In this document: positions 52,001-64,000 of the stretch, one piece after another
How the letters are laid out: every line of letters begins with the position of its first letter
How positions within the stretch are numbered: position 1 is the first letter of the stretch
Assembly (NCBI GenBank): GCA_016748015.1
Contig: JAAOMT010000387.1
Coordinates: forward strand, 62,001-126,000
Origin: Geosiphon pyriformis uo1
Taxonomy: Eukaryota > Fungi > Glomeromycota
Direction: 5' to 3'
DNA length: 64,000 nucleotides
The notes under the pieces: generated by a model
Databases searched by the model: none
What the model saw: the letters and a program-made list of their open reading frames with translations, nothing else
Told to the model about the DNA's origin: nothing
Position numbers and translations under genes: made by a program

Positions 52001-52439
52001 TCGAAACCTGATAATTCCAACTCTGCTATCGTACAAAAAAACTTACCATCAATAAAACTTGTTAAACCTCTAGCAATTCAAACTCCAGGAATTATCCAAA
52101 AACCTGAACATTCAAAGTCTAATAAATTCCAAACCCCACTATCATACAAGGAAACTTACCTCCAATAGCCCAATAAAACCTAATTCTCACAGTACTAATA
52201 AATCAGCAAAACTCACCTGATGGCCCTAAGTCAGAATATTGGGACGTAGTCACAATCCACTTTCATGTATCATATATTTAAAGAAGAGCCAATCAGCAAG
52301 AACAAATGAGAATTGGAATCGGAACTTAATTTCGATTTAAACTCCGCTGATGACAGCAACAATTCAAACTCCACTAATAACAAATGATGATTTAAACTCC
52401 ACCAACAACAATTCAAACTCCACTTCAAACACTGAATGA

Positions 52440-52699
52440 TATATCACACTTCTAGATCTTACAATAGAGCAGGAATTAACTCAATTCAGTGATAATAATG
52501 AGGGCATTATGTCTGAACATGTACATAATACAGATGCAAGATTTGAACATGGATATTCTGGACAAACCACTATAGTTAAAAACCCCAGTCACATATAAAA
52601 TTAGATTTACAAATAGCAATAGAAATTACCATAACAACATTGATACAAAAGAGAGATTTAGAAAATTTTACAGGAGCTCAATATTAAAGGAGGGAATAA
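52440..52699 (+). pseudogene. dUTPase N-terminal relic in family B
   Basis: QELTQFSDNNEGIMSEHVHNTDARFEHGYSG../LDLQIAIEI..TLIQ../LNIKGG aligns to family A LQLKYFNSNEQGIKPEKVHKIDAGYDLRYPG..INLKIALEI..MVQ..INIRGG. Confidence 0.7.
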
Positions 52700-55535
52700 T
52701 GTTACTCATAAATATAGAAAGTATATTAGCATATAAATTAGCCAATTATAGATAGATGTAGTAAATGTGGAATTCCAGGATTCCTCTCAAAGGAATTGCA
52801 GGATTCCAGGAATTGCAGAATTCTTATATGAGGAATTGCAAAATTCCAGAATTCCAGGATTCCTCTCAAAGAAATTGCAGAATTCCAAGAATTTCAGGAT
52901 TCCTAACATAAAGAATTAAGGAATTGAGGAATTTCAAATATGTATATATAGCAGTAGTATCAGAAGTTAAAAAATTAGTCAATGGGACTTAGAGTCAATT
53001 GATTTGCAAAGTTAATTAGACTCATAGAATTAATTAGACTTGCAAAATCATAATTATTAAAATTACAAAAAAAAAAAGAATCCTTTAGTGAGATCTCTCA
53101 GTTTTAGATTTAATCTAAGCAATCTTCCAATTCTCAATCATCAAATAAATAATTATTTCATATCTCAATCCACTCTCCACTATTAACACTTCATGTTGAT
53201 AGAAATTGATACTTAACCACGCTGAAACAATAACTCTTGATCATGGCTATTAACGGGATACTAATCTACTAATTGCCTTGGCTTATTTCTTTATATTTCT
53301 TTATTTTCTTTATTTTCTGTGATTTTGTTATTGTGTACTAACCAATTGATTAAAAGTGCTGATTACTGACATCAAAAATTGTCTGGTAAAAGACCCCTGC
53401 GAGTGGGTAGGACACATACAGAAAATACAGATTACTTACCAGAGGATTGCCAGCCACCAAGCCAAGAAAAGAATTGACAGACTTGCGAGTTTGGGAAGCT
53501 ATGGATAAACAACTATTGAATCTCTGTCTATTATACAAAGAACTTATTTGAAAATACCTTCAGATTATTATCATTACCAATCGCCTTGAGCACCAAGTTA
53601 TGGGTTTGTTATTTCATCAACACCCCAAATAATTACCTGTAACAATGACAAATGGATCTAAACAAATTCCAAACAAAATGACAAATGTTGCCAGACACAA
53701 GTGTGTTCTCAGCAACTAAAAAATGCTCACTGACACCAACAGACAAAGAAAATCAAGAGAGAGCAGCATCCACTCTAACATTGCTATGTACCCCAGAATG
53801 TTTCTTAATCTTGACCCAATAAACAGAAAAATCCTTGTCATGAACCAAATTAAAAATCCTGCACCTCTCCAACCAACACAAGAAGTGGAAATCAGGCACA
53901 GATAATGACATTTCAGAAACGCATGCATCAATAGCTGTCTGACTATTAGAATACAATACAACAGAACAAGAAGAAGGAATACACACCAAAGCCAAAGCAA
54001 TGGCCTACAGTTCGGCCATAGTAGAAGACAACAGCCCAAGAACCCTAATGTCAACACTCAAATTAATTGCAGAAAAATAAGCTGCCACTTCACTGGCTAC
54101 ATCAGCATGTCCATAATTCCTAACAGAACCATCCATAAAAACCTCAAAAGAACCAGACCAGATCTTATGCAACCCATCTTGAACAACAAAAAACTCCTTG
54201 GTACCCAAAACGCTCAAACTAGAAGGACAAGCAGACTCCACAGAAATGGCCATAGAAGCACCCCTACCACAAAAAAACTCAGACACCACCTTAAACCAGT
54301 GGAGAACAGGACCCCTTGGATCCAGCCTCTTCTAATGCTGAAAAGTCTTCCAACTCATAACACACCATTTTTTATCAAACAGTTTATCACTAAAAGCCAC
54401 ACCAAACTGCTTCAATGAATGAACAGAATTGAGAAATAGAGACCCCCCCAGAATGGAAGACATAGGAAAGTGACCAGGACTATGGAATGCATTGGGCAAA
54501 TTATTGGCCAAAAACAGCTCGTTATACAGAAAAATCTTAACCACACCAGCCAGAAAATTATTTACAGAACTAACACACAATTTAACAGGAAACTGTAAAG
54601 AGTTTAGAGGAGACCACTCCAGAATCTGCAAATCAAGAAACCTATGCTCAAACAAATGTCCAAGAACACCAAAAGAATTGGAAAATAAGATCAAGACAGC
54701 CAACTTTCCTTTGGACTACACCTGCTCAAAAGATTTTAGGCCATACAAAGAAAAATGACACAAAGCCTCAGTGGAGAAATCATGAGGCAAACTAGCTTTG
54801 GACTTAAGATTTTTTCTCAACATCACATCCCATTTGCAGCATACAGACGACAAAACAAAGCTGAACTGAGTGCGATAGCTGACAATAGGCTGCAAGACAG
54901 CCAACACCAAATATAAGAACTGTTTATCAGTGATAGCTTTTCTAAGAATCACATTAGTAAAAAAACAAACATTAGAATGTGCTTTGGCCAGACTTGGCTT
55001 TGAAAGCGCATTAGTAGATAAAAAAATCCTCAGATAACGATAAGCCTTACCCTTTTTAGCGATTAAAATGGGAAGACTACTAATACACAAAGAAGCAACC
55101 CTAACACCCTGATTGATTGGAATGACCACAGTCTTTTCATTATTAATAGAAATGTCATTAAGGGCAAAAAACTCACTTGCAATATCCAAAATATTCTGAG
55201 TAGCAGTTTGACAGTTCCCAACCCATATTGTATCATCAACAAAAGCACCAGCCACAAAATAAGAAGAGAACCCACTGCTGCTCTCAATATGGTCTGACCT
55301 CGAAATGAACCTGAAATCTATCTGGTATCCAAAAAACTGTTCATGCCTTTTAACCTCACACAGAAGTGGGTCATAAAAAATTCTCCACAAAAGGGATGAG
55401 AAGACTTCACCCTGATCCAACCCATTATGCATCACATAACCATTTAAAAGCCCAAAGTTCGTTATTATCCTGTTAACTCTATTCTCATAAATGTTACCAA
55501 AAAATGACACAAATCTTTTACACATTTTGATATAC

Positions 55536-56550
55536 TGTTACTGAAGGTTTTTGGTCTCTTTTTTTGAATGTTGTAACTGTTTGTTGGTTGCAAATTCACG
55601 TTTTCTAGAAGTAGTTGAACCTCCAATAACTGAATTTATCTTCAAATTATTTCTTATAATTTGAACTGCTGGGCTTATAAGTGGAATGGCCAATTTCTTG
55701 CCAGTTACTTTATGTAGTTACGTTGTAGTAAATGTCAACTCTTTCTCAGAAATTGCTTGTCTGAAAGCTTACTAAAAAAAATGTGTAGTTACTTTGCTGT
55801 AAAAGTCAACTTTTCTACAGAAATCTCATCTGTAGGCTACCTTAATGATTGTAATAAGAAAAGAAAAGAAAAATAAAAGAAATGTAAAAGAAATAGAATT
55901 CTGTTAAGAGAAACGTTTTCTATTCAGGCCTGGAGTCACTAACAGTTTACTAAAATTGGTAGCTAATCAATTTTGAAATGTTAGTTGGGTTTTGGGAATT
56001 TTCCAAGTGCAATAATTAAAAAATTTGGTTTTTTGAATTATTTGATATTTATTTCTTTCTGTGTGTATAGGAATGATTCTAAGTAATAAATCTAAAGTAA
56101 AATACATTTTCTTGAAGAGAAAAGCTCTTCTTTTATACAACTTGTTGTAGTACTAGTCTATGAACTTGCACTTTTTCTCTTTGTTCAAATTTTGGTAAAC
56201 TAAAGATACATTTTGATGAACTACAAGTTATTTCACTGAACTATTGATTAGTTTGGGTGAACTATTCATAATTTCGGCAAATTTCTGTAAATTTTGGCGA
56301 ATTTCTTATAAATTTAGGCGAATTTCTGTAAATTTCAGTGAATTTTAGAATGTTACAAAGTTCAGAGTATTGTGTAATTTGATCATCCTACTTTCTGTTA
56401 TACTAATTAGATTATTTTAATTGAATCGTAATATGTGATAATTGATTAAATAATAAATGATAATTTGAAATGATATTAATATACTAATTAATTATAGGAA
56501 TTATAAGGGTAATTTCGTGCTAATTAATAGCTAAAATTCTACTGGTAACA
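55536..56550 (-). repeat. 3' LTR of A3 (1015 bp)
   Basis: TGTTA...TAACA termini. R/U5 homologous to other A LTRs; distal U3 diverged. Confidence 0.92.
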
Positions 56551-57238
56551 TAATCTCTTCCTCAAGACTGAACTCCATCAAAGTCCAAGCACTATCTGTG
56601 ATATTGAGATAGTGATCCAAAATAATTGAAGTAATCTGGTCTGAAAATTGTTGAAATTTCAGTTCTATGAGCTTGCCAATATATTGAATTTTCATTGGTT
56701 GCAGTATTGAATTTTGTAGAACATTTTCACAAGTATTAAACAAATCATAAAGTTTAAAAGCTGCTCTAAGTTTGTAGTGAGTGTTTGTTGGTCCAGCTGC
56801 TGTTTTGAATTTATTGTGGATTTGTTTTTGTATAGCTTCAGGAGTGAGATTTGTTGTTTCAAGTTCCAGTTTTCGTTCATAAAGTGTTTTTCCAATGTGA
56901 AAGTATTTATAGATAAGGGTGTGTTCATTGTTCTGTTCATTGAAAAGTGATAGAAGTTTTTGTTGCATTGTATCATTTGGTGAAATGTCAATAGGGACAA
57001 TTAAAAGATTTTTTTCCAGTGCTTGTTTCAAAAGTCTTGGTAACCTATTTTCAGAGTAACTACTTGTTTTTTTTTTATAGGGGTGATAGTTCTGTGAATG
57101 ATTTGCTACTGGGGCTGTGGTTTTCTTCTAAATGTAATTAATTTGACTTCCATTAATCATTATGGATAAGTCAGGAAGTATTTTCAAAGCTAACATTAAC
57201 TTTTGGGATATTTGTTGAATATTTCGAGGAATAATCAT
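56531..57238 (-). pseudogene. A3 ORF3 (env position, ~235 aa)
   Basis: ATG at 57238 (MIIPRNIQQISQKLMLALK). One TAG near 57129. In frame with ORF 56531-57031. Ends inside the LTR. Confidence 0.8.
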
Positions 57239-57373
57239 GATAAAATTGACTAATTATGACAAGAGAGAATAAAAAAAATTATTTTTGAGATATGGAGTTT
57301 TTTATTTGTTTTTGGGTTTGGGTGTTTTTGTAATTTATTTACTATTTTTGTCTTTGTGTTTTTATTGTAAAAT

Positions 57374-60300
57374 TTAAGTGTTCAAGTTTGGTTGTTGTTT
57401 TATTATAATTATTGGTTCTAAATTTCGGAGAATATCTTCAGAATTAATTAAAAAGGAATGTGTACCAATTTGTGGAATTAATGGTTCAGGATTGTTTCTG
57501 AAATAATAGTATTTCAATCTGTCTCTATGTACAACTTTTGCTAGTATTTTGTCATCAAGTTTTAACTTGTATAATCTATTGCCTAGAATTTCGTGAATAT
57601 AAAATGGTCCATCCCATTTGTTTTCAAATTTCCCACTCCATTGTTTTTTAGCCTTAGTTCTGTGTAAGAGAACTTTATTTCTAACTTTAAATTCATTGAT
57701 AATAAGTGGTAATTTGTTGTCATGTCTTTCTTTTTGTTAAGCTTGAGAATGTTTAATATGAGTTGCTGCTATTCTTTTTTTTCCTTCCAGTGTACTAAGA
57801 AGAGTGTAGGCTCTTCTTTGGAGTGTTTCTTGAAAGTTTTCTTTATTGATTGGTTGTACTAGGTATGTTTCTACTGTGAAGTTAATTGGTAATGTTGCTG
57901 TCCTTCCATAAGTAAGATCAAATGGTGTGTGTTTCGTAGTATTTTGTTTTAGTGTTCTGTATGCTAGTAACACTGATAGAATAAAGATATCTTATTCCTG
58001 CTCAAAGTCTGTTGAGACTTTGGCTAGAGATTCACACAATGTTCTGTTAAAACATTCTACAAGTCTATTTGTTTGAGAGTGATAAAGTGATGATAGAGGT
58101 CTTTTGACATTAAACCATTCACAAATTTCTTGTATCAAGTTGTTCACAAAATGTGTTTCTTGATCAGATAAAAGTTCAATTGGGCATCCATGTCTACAAA
58201 TAATGTCTTCATAAATAAAATTTGCTACTGATTTTGCATCTGCTCTTTGGATGGTTCTAGTTTTAGGCCATTTGGTAAGATAATCTACTGCAACTGCAAT
58301 ATAACAATTTCTTTGAGTTGTGATAGGTAATGGTTCGACTAAATCAATTCCAACTCTGTTAAAAGATTGTCCAACTTTGATTGGATTTAAAGATTCTGTG
58401 GGACAAGTTCCTCCTCTTCTTTGACAATTATCACAAAATTCTATATATTGTCAAATGTCTTTTTGCATGTGAGGCCAAAAATAATGTTCAAGAGTTCTTT
58501 GAATTGTTCCATCTCTTCCCAAGTGTGTTGAAGAAGGATCTGTGTGCATGTTGTATAGAATTGTTTTTTTTTTATTTTCCTGTACTAATCTGAGTGGTTG
58601 GTTTGGGTTTTTATGATTTTTGTAATATATTTTGTTATAATGTATAAAATATTGTTTGGATTGGTGTTGTAATTAATGTTTTTCACTTGGAGACCAATTT
58701 TCCAGCATGGTGAGAGTCTCCAAATAGTTTTTGATGTTGTTGTAGTTTTCTGGATCTATTGTTGTTAATCTTGTTGTTTGTTCTACTGTTAAGTTTGTTG
58801 GTGTTGATGTTGGTATTAATATTGTCTCATTCTTGAGAGACTATTAACATTGGTGTGTAGTTTTCCTGGTTTGTGATGTACAATGTATCTGTAGTCTGCT
58901 AGGAAGTCATTCCATCAAGACTGTTTGGCACTTTGTTCAGTTTTTTTTTTATTAAGCCATTTGAGGCCAATATTGTTAGTTATTATGTCAAATTCTTTTC
59001 CATTCTTCAGATATTGTTGAAAGTATTTGAGAGTCCAGATGACTGCAGTGGCTTCCAATTCAGTTGAGCCATATTTGAGTTCTGTTGGCTTGAGTGTTCT
59101 GCTGGCATAGGCAATAACTTGTTCCTGGCCATTTTTATCCAATTGTGATAAGATGGTACCAAATGCTATGTGTGAAGCATCAGTGGCTAATTGGAATCGT
59201 TTATTGAAGTCTAAGTAAGCAAGAACTGGGGCTGTTGTCAATTTTGTTTTGAGAGTTTCAAAAAGTTTTTGTTGTTCTTCAGTCTATTTGTATAGTACGT
59301 TTTTGTTGATAAGATAATTGAGTGGTTTGGTAATTTCTGAAAATCCTTTTATGAATTTTTGATAGTAAGAGGCTAATCCTACAAATTCTCTTAGTTCTGT
59401 AGTATTTCTGGAAGTTTGAAAGTTTTTGACAGCACTGATTGTTCCTGGATTTGGTTTGACTGCATCTTTACTAATTATGTGTCCAAGAAAGATCAAGCTT
59501 GTTTTTCCAAAATGACATTTCTCAATGTTTAACTTTAATCCTGCTTTCTGTAATTTTTGAAAAACTTCTCGCAGGTGAATGAGATGAGTCTTAAAGCTTG
59601 GTGAGTATACATTAGTGTTATCAAGATAGACAACTACTAATTACCACAAGAGTCCTTCATATATCATATTCATGAGTTGCTGAAATGCTAGTGTATTGCA
59701 GAGTTTAAAAGGCATAACATTAAACTCATAATTTCTTCCCTGGGTGGTAAATGCTGTTTTGGATCTGTCTTTTGGATTCATTTCGACTTGTCAGTATCCA
59801 CTTTCCAAGTCTAGAGTTGAGAAGAACTTGGCTTTTCCTAGAGCATCTAGCATGTCATCAATTCTTGGAAGAGGGTAGGCATCTCCAATTGTCACACTGT
59901 TCAATTGGCAATAGTTAACACAAAATCTGATTTTTCCATTTTTTTTTTTGACCAGGACTACTGGTGAAGCCCAAAGACTTCTTGATGATTGAATCAATCC
60001 GTTATTGAGCATTCTCTAGACTTCTTCTCTGATGAATTGGTGGCTGGCTGGTGGCACTCTGTAAGTTTGCTGTCGTTTTGGTAGAGCATCTCCTGTATGG
60101 ATCTGATGTTGAACTATATCCATTTTTCCCAGGTCATTGTTGTCTTTTGCAAATATATCTGCAAATTCAGCTATCAATTGTTTCAATTGTTTTTGTTGTT
60201 GAGGTTCTAAGAGACTCATGTTGATTTGAAAGAGTTTTTTTTCCAAAAAGTGGTGGTTTTCAGTAGTGGAAATAATATTTGGATTTGGGAGTAGTATGTG

Positions 60301-63300
60301 CCTTACAATTTCGATGAAATTAGAGACAATTTAAGGGTTTTTATCTTGAAAAATATTGCTGTGTATGATTCCAATTTCTAGTTTGTTTAATAAGATAATA
60401 GGATAATTATTGGAGTTGTAGAATGTAACTCAAAATTTTTTCATTCTTTTGGGAATATAAACGTTTAGGATTGAGATTTCATGCTTCAAACAGATTTGTT
60501 CATTGGATTTAAAGATTTGTTGTGTAGTGGTGGGTTTTGAACAAGTATAAATTTTGTGATGTTCTTCAAAAGATGAAATGGTAATTGGCTAAGGAAGTTG
60601 AAGAATCTGGTGAGATTCATTTTGTGTATTTAGAGCTATGTTTACTGGAACTGTAAATCGTCCAGTTAAACCAAAACCTTAAGTTCCTTTTTCACTTTTT
60701 CCTAATTGTTCTCTGTTGTTTACTGATTGTAAACCCGAAATGTTGATTAAGGATAAGTAAATTGCTTGAGCAATTTTTTCAGCATGTTCAATCTTGAATG
60801 GTTTGTCTGTTTCATTTTATAACATGATAGTAATGTCTCCAGTGTATTCTGCATCTATAATTCCTCCTCTAATATTGATTCTTTTGCTTGCCAATGATGA
60901 TCTGGAGGCAATTTGAACTATTGCTCTTGGTAGTATTTCAAGAGCAATTTTGAGATTGATTTTTGTTAAGGACTTTAGTTGGAGAACCAAAGTATCTTTT
61001 CCTGGGTATCTTAGGTCATATTCAGTATCAATTTCGTGTGCTTTTTCTGGTCTGATTCCTTGGCCATGGTTGTCAAAATATTTAAGTTGTAGAGGTGGTT
61101 GCTTTTTAAGAAGATAGATGGGGGTGGTTGGTAGTTCTTCTACTAGTTCAGATATTCCAAATTCGATTTCATTTTCATCATTCTCATCTGGCAGAAGAAT
61201 GCTAAGAGCATAACATTTTAAATACCATTGGTTATCACAAGACATAACACATTCTTCACACAATTGAATGTTTATTTGCTCTAATCATTGAATTTGAGCT
61301 TCTTTGGTCGGATATGTGTGGCTTGCAATTTGGTGATAGGTTTCTACTTTATCTTTATAATCAAATCCAGCTAATTCCATGGTATACTCAATATATTCAG
61401 CTTCTTTCATTTGGTGGACATCTTCTTGGGTGGCTTTATTAATCAATGCCATTGCTAGGTCAAAAATCATTTTAGCATCATAAGGGTAGTGGTAAAGTTT
61501 ATTGAAAGCACTGTTGTATGCTGCATCAAATAGTGTTCTTCTTCTGACTTTTTCCGAAATTGATAGAGCATATTGACAGGTTTGATCACATACTTCTTCT
61601 TTTATTGCTACATCAATCCAATTGCATTCTTCTGATAGCATTTTTTCATATGTAAGACAAGATGTGTTGTCCCATTTTCCACTTCTTTTTGGAGATCCAA
61701 ATTGTTCTTTATGGCATGCTTTGCAAAAGTAACAGGTACGAGTTTCATATTCCTCTTCTGGAGAAATACATGCTCCCATTGATGAAAGTTTTTTGTTGCA
61801 ATCTTTGCATTTGAGTGGAATATAGGGTGGTTGTTTCCGTGGTTCTGGTGTAGAATATTTAACTTTCTTTTATTCTCTTGATTCTTTAAAAATCTTTTGT
61901 TTTGTTTCCTCAGCCCAATTGGATGGTAATCCAAGAGCCATGTAGGTTTTAGTAAGTGGTATTTTTTTCTCTTCTTCAAATTCAAATACTGGGGCTTTTT
62001 TTGATCATTTGTTAAAAGTACCACAAGTTGCAGGTACTATGGTATATTGTCCTTGGTATGAAATTTTAAGTTCTTGAGTTTTCCAGTTCAGGTTTGCATT
62101 GGCCTTGAGAAGCCAATCATTTTTGACTAGAGCTTGGTATTGGGGTGCATCCATAACAAGAACTTTAACTGGAATGGTGATTCCATTAATTGTAAAGAGG
62201 AAATCATCAATTTCTCTTACTGGAGTCTTCTTTATATCATCAGCTGTGACAATAACTGTTTGAGCTGGTCTGTCTATGTTTTGTTTGAGTTGTTGCATTA
62301 GCTGATAAGTGATAATACTTCCAGCCAATCCACTATCTAAGATTAAGTGAATGGGTTTTTCTTTCACTGTAGCTTCTGTGTACATAGCAGTAATTGCTTT
62401 CTGTTTATTGACTGCTGTATTACTAAGCAGAAATGGTGATTTATTTGCTTCAAATTCAAATGGAAATATGTCTGACAAATTGGCATTTTGGGCAATTTGA
62501 GCTGATGGAATGATATGGTTAGAAGGGTTTGATCTTGGTGCTGCAACTTCACCTTCAAAAAGTGCAGTTTGTTGAAAATCCGATTCCTCTGGTATTGTAA
62601 GATAACTGGGTTGAGTGTGATAGTGATTGGGTTTTTGCTGACCAGAATTTCGGAGAACCAACTGGTTATTTGGATTGATTCTGTTGTGGTTACTCTGCAA
62701 TTGATTTTGGGGTGTGAATTGGTTATATTGAACCAATCTTCTTGCTGGTACTTGATATTGTTGAGTGGATGGTGTCTGATATGACTGAATTGGTAAAGGT
62801 TGCTAATATTGTTGCTGTATTGGTTGTGGAACTGGTGGATAGTAACTGTTTTGATTTTGTGGTCTTGGTGAATAATAGGTTGGTGGTAGAGATTAGTAAT
62901 AGAATTGTTGTGGTGAAGAGTAACGTTGATTATTCCTGTTTTGTTGGTCTCTTTGTAATTTCCTACAATTTCGTTTCCAGTGTCCTGGAATTCCACAATA
63001 ATGACAATTTTGAGGTTGGTTGTTGAATGGTGATCCAAAATTGTTTTGGTTGTATCATTGTGGAGATTGATATCTTTGTAATTGTTGTTGCTGTTGTTGT
63101 TGGTTTGTGAAGTAGCTTTCAATCTTTTTTGTGAGTTGGTCTATCTTCTCTTCAGCTGCTGAGCTGGTTTCTCCAATTGCAAGGTTTACAAACTTGGTGT
63201 GATTTGCTTCTTCTATTGCCATTTCATAGCTCTTTGCATGTCTAATAGCAGTTGCTAAGTCTGCTGGAGCATGTGGACAGACTTTCTTAATCAGTTTGTT

Positions 63301-64000
63301 TTTTAACTCTGCTATAAACTGATTCAGAATTTGAGCATCAGAATAGTAGTCATTGGTTTCCAATTGTTGAATTCGTCTGAGAAGTTTGTTAAATCTTCCA
63401 AAATAGGTCATAACAGTTTCAGATGTTTCTTATTTGATATTGCGAAAGTGGTTTCTGAGAGTAATAGAGGTATTGTTGTCAGTAAATTGTTGTAGAAAAG
63501 CATCTTTGAATGCTTGCCAGTTTTCAAATGGTTCTTCTAAGTTTTCAAACCATTCTCCTGCTGTTCCTTGGAGAAAGTAGGGAATTGCTTTGAGCATTCT
63601 TGCTGCAATTCAACCATTTGCATCTTCTGTTTTTTGAACTTTGTCAAGCCATTCTTGAGAGCTGGTATTATTGTCTTCACCAGTGAATTCTGGGATTTTT
63701 GCAATGTAAGCAGTTGCCATTTCTTTTTTGTTTTCTGTAATTTTTTCTGGTTCTGATTTAGTTTCTTCACTTTCTAAGCTGTCTGAGTGATTACTTTCAT
63801 TTTTCTGTAAGTAATCAATAATATTGGCACTTGTTGATATTGGTTCCTGTTGTTGAGTAGAATTTTTAGGTAACTAAAAATCTTCTGGTCTGAAGAAACG
63901 GTTAAGTGGTGAACTTGGTATTTGTAGTTAAACAAGTAAAATTAAAAATAGTGTAATAGAAAGTGGTAATTTAACACTGGTTCCTTGTTCAGGTGTTTGC
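57374..64000 (-). pseudogene. A3 Gag-Pol polyprotein (partial), disrupted
   Basis: Fragments from 63411 to 59241 share one frame, with one net frameshift before 57973. Motifs LILDSG, DTEYDL/GGIIDAEYTG, WASPVVLVKKK, LATDAS. Confidence 0.92.

Larger units (their letters stand above)
50572..53644 (+). mobile_element. non-autonomous LTR element, family B (3073 bp, LARD/TRIM-like)
   Basis: LTRs 50572-51463 and 52700-53644. PBS TGGTGCTCTCTGTGA at 51466-51480. Purine tract at 52686-52699. Exact TSD ATGA (50568-71, 53645-48). No RT or integrase. Confidence 0.92.
49660..55535 (-). mobile_element. LINE L-d (RT to 3' end), interrupted by the family-B element and by Gypsy A3
   Basis: Poly-T near 49660 and 3' UTR motif. 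ORF2 pieces 49794-50571 and 53649-55535 contain GLDQGE, AFVDD, FMDGS and CLLC. Confidence 0.92.
55536..64000 (-). mobile_element. Ty3/Gypsy family A copy A3 (diverged subfamily; 5' end beyond window)
   Basis: 3' LTR 55536-56550, PPT 56551-56563, then ORF3, IN, RH, RT, dUTPase, Cys-rich domain, PR and Gag. Confidence 0.94.

Noticed and set aside
2033-55536. Orientation or site specificity of LTR insertions within LINEs
   Set aside because: Three are parallel and two antiparallel, at five different ORF2 positions.

Overview
Eukaryotic, AT-rich, transposon-dominated window. It is most likely from an early-diverging fungus (Mucoromycota/Glomeromycotina-like; inferred from intron-rich genes and TE types). 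Only two host genes are evident, convergent and in one island at about 11.4-15.9 kb: NOC4 (CBF/Mak21 family, +) and UNC-50/GMH1 (-). The rest is nested retroelements. Several non-LTR (LINE) copies have ORF1 (RRM+CCHC), ORF2 (APE-RT-RNase H-zinc finger), a conserved 3' UTR and poly-A. Five LTR insertions sit inside LINE ORF2s: three copies of a ~10 kb Ty3/Gypsy family (family A), one solo LTR of it, and a 3.1 kb non-autonomous element of a second family (B). Between them are extremely AT-rich tracts with eroded LINE tails. Family A is unusual. Its single-frame ~2350-aa polyprotein runs [244-aa Met-free extension, probably GUG-initiated]-Gag-CCHC-protease-[Cys-rich CxxC domain]-dUTPase-[dUTPase-like spacer]-RT-RNase H-integrase, with no chromodomain. 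It also has a ~237-aa ORF3 in the env position that reads through the PPT into the 3' LTR, an inferred ~1.3 kb ancestrally AUG-free leader with duplicated covarying hairpins, and 4-bp target duplications centred on CpG or its deamination products. Family B carries a dUTPase relic fused directly to its 3' LTR. All repeats are decaying almost solely by C>T/G>A transitions with almost no indels. Assembly gaps lie at 2707-3285 and 10750-10787.
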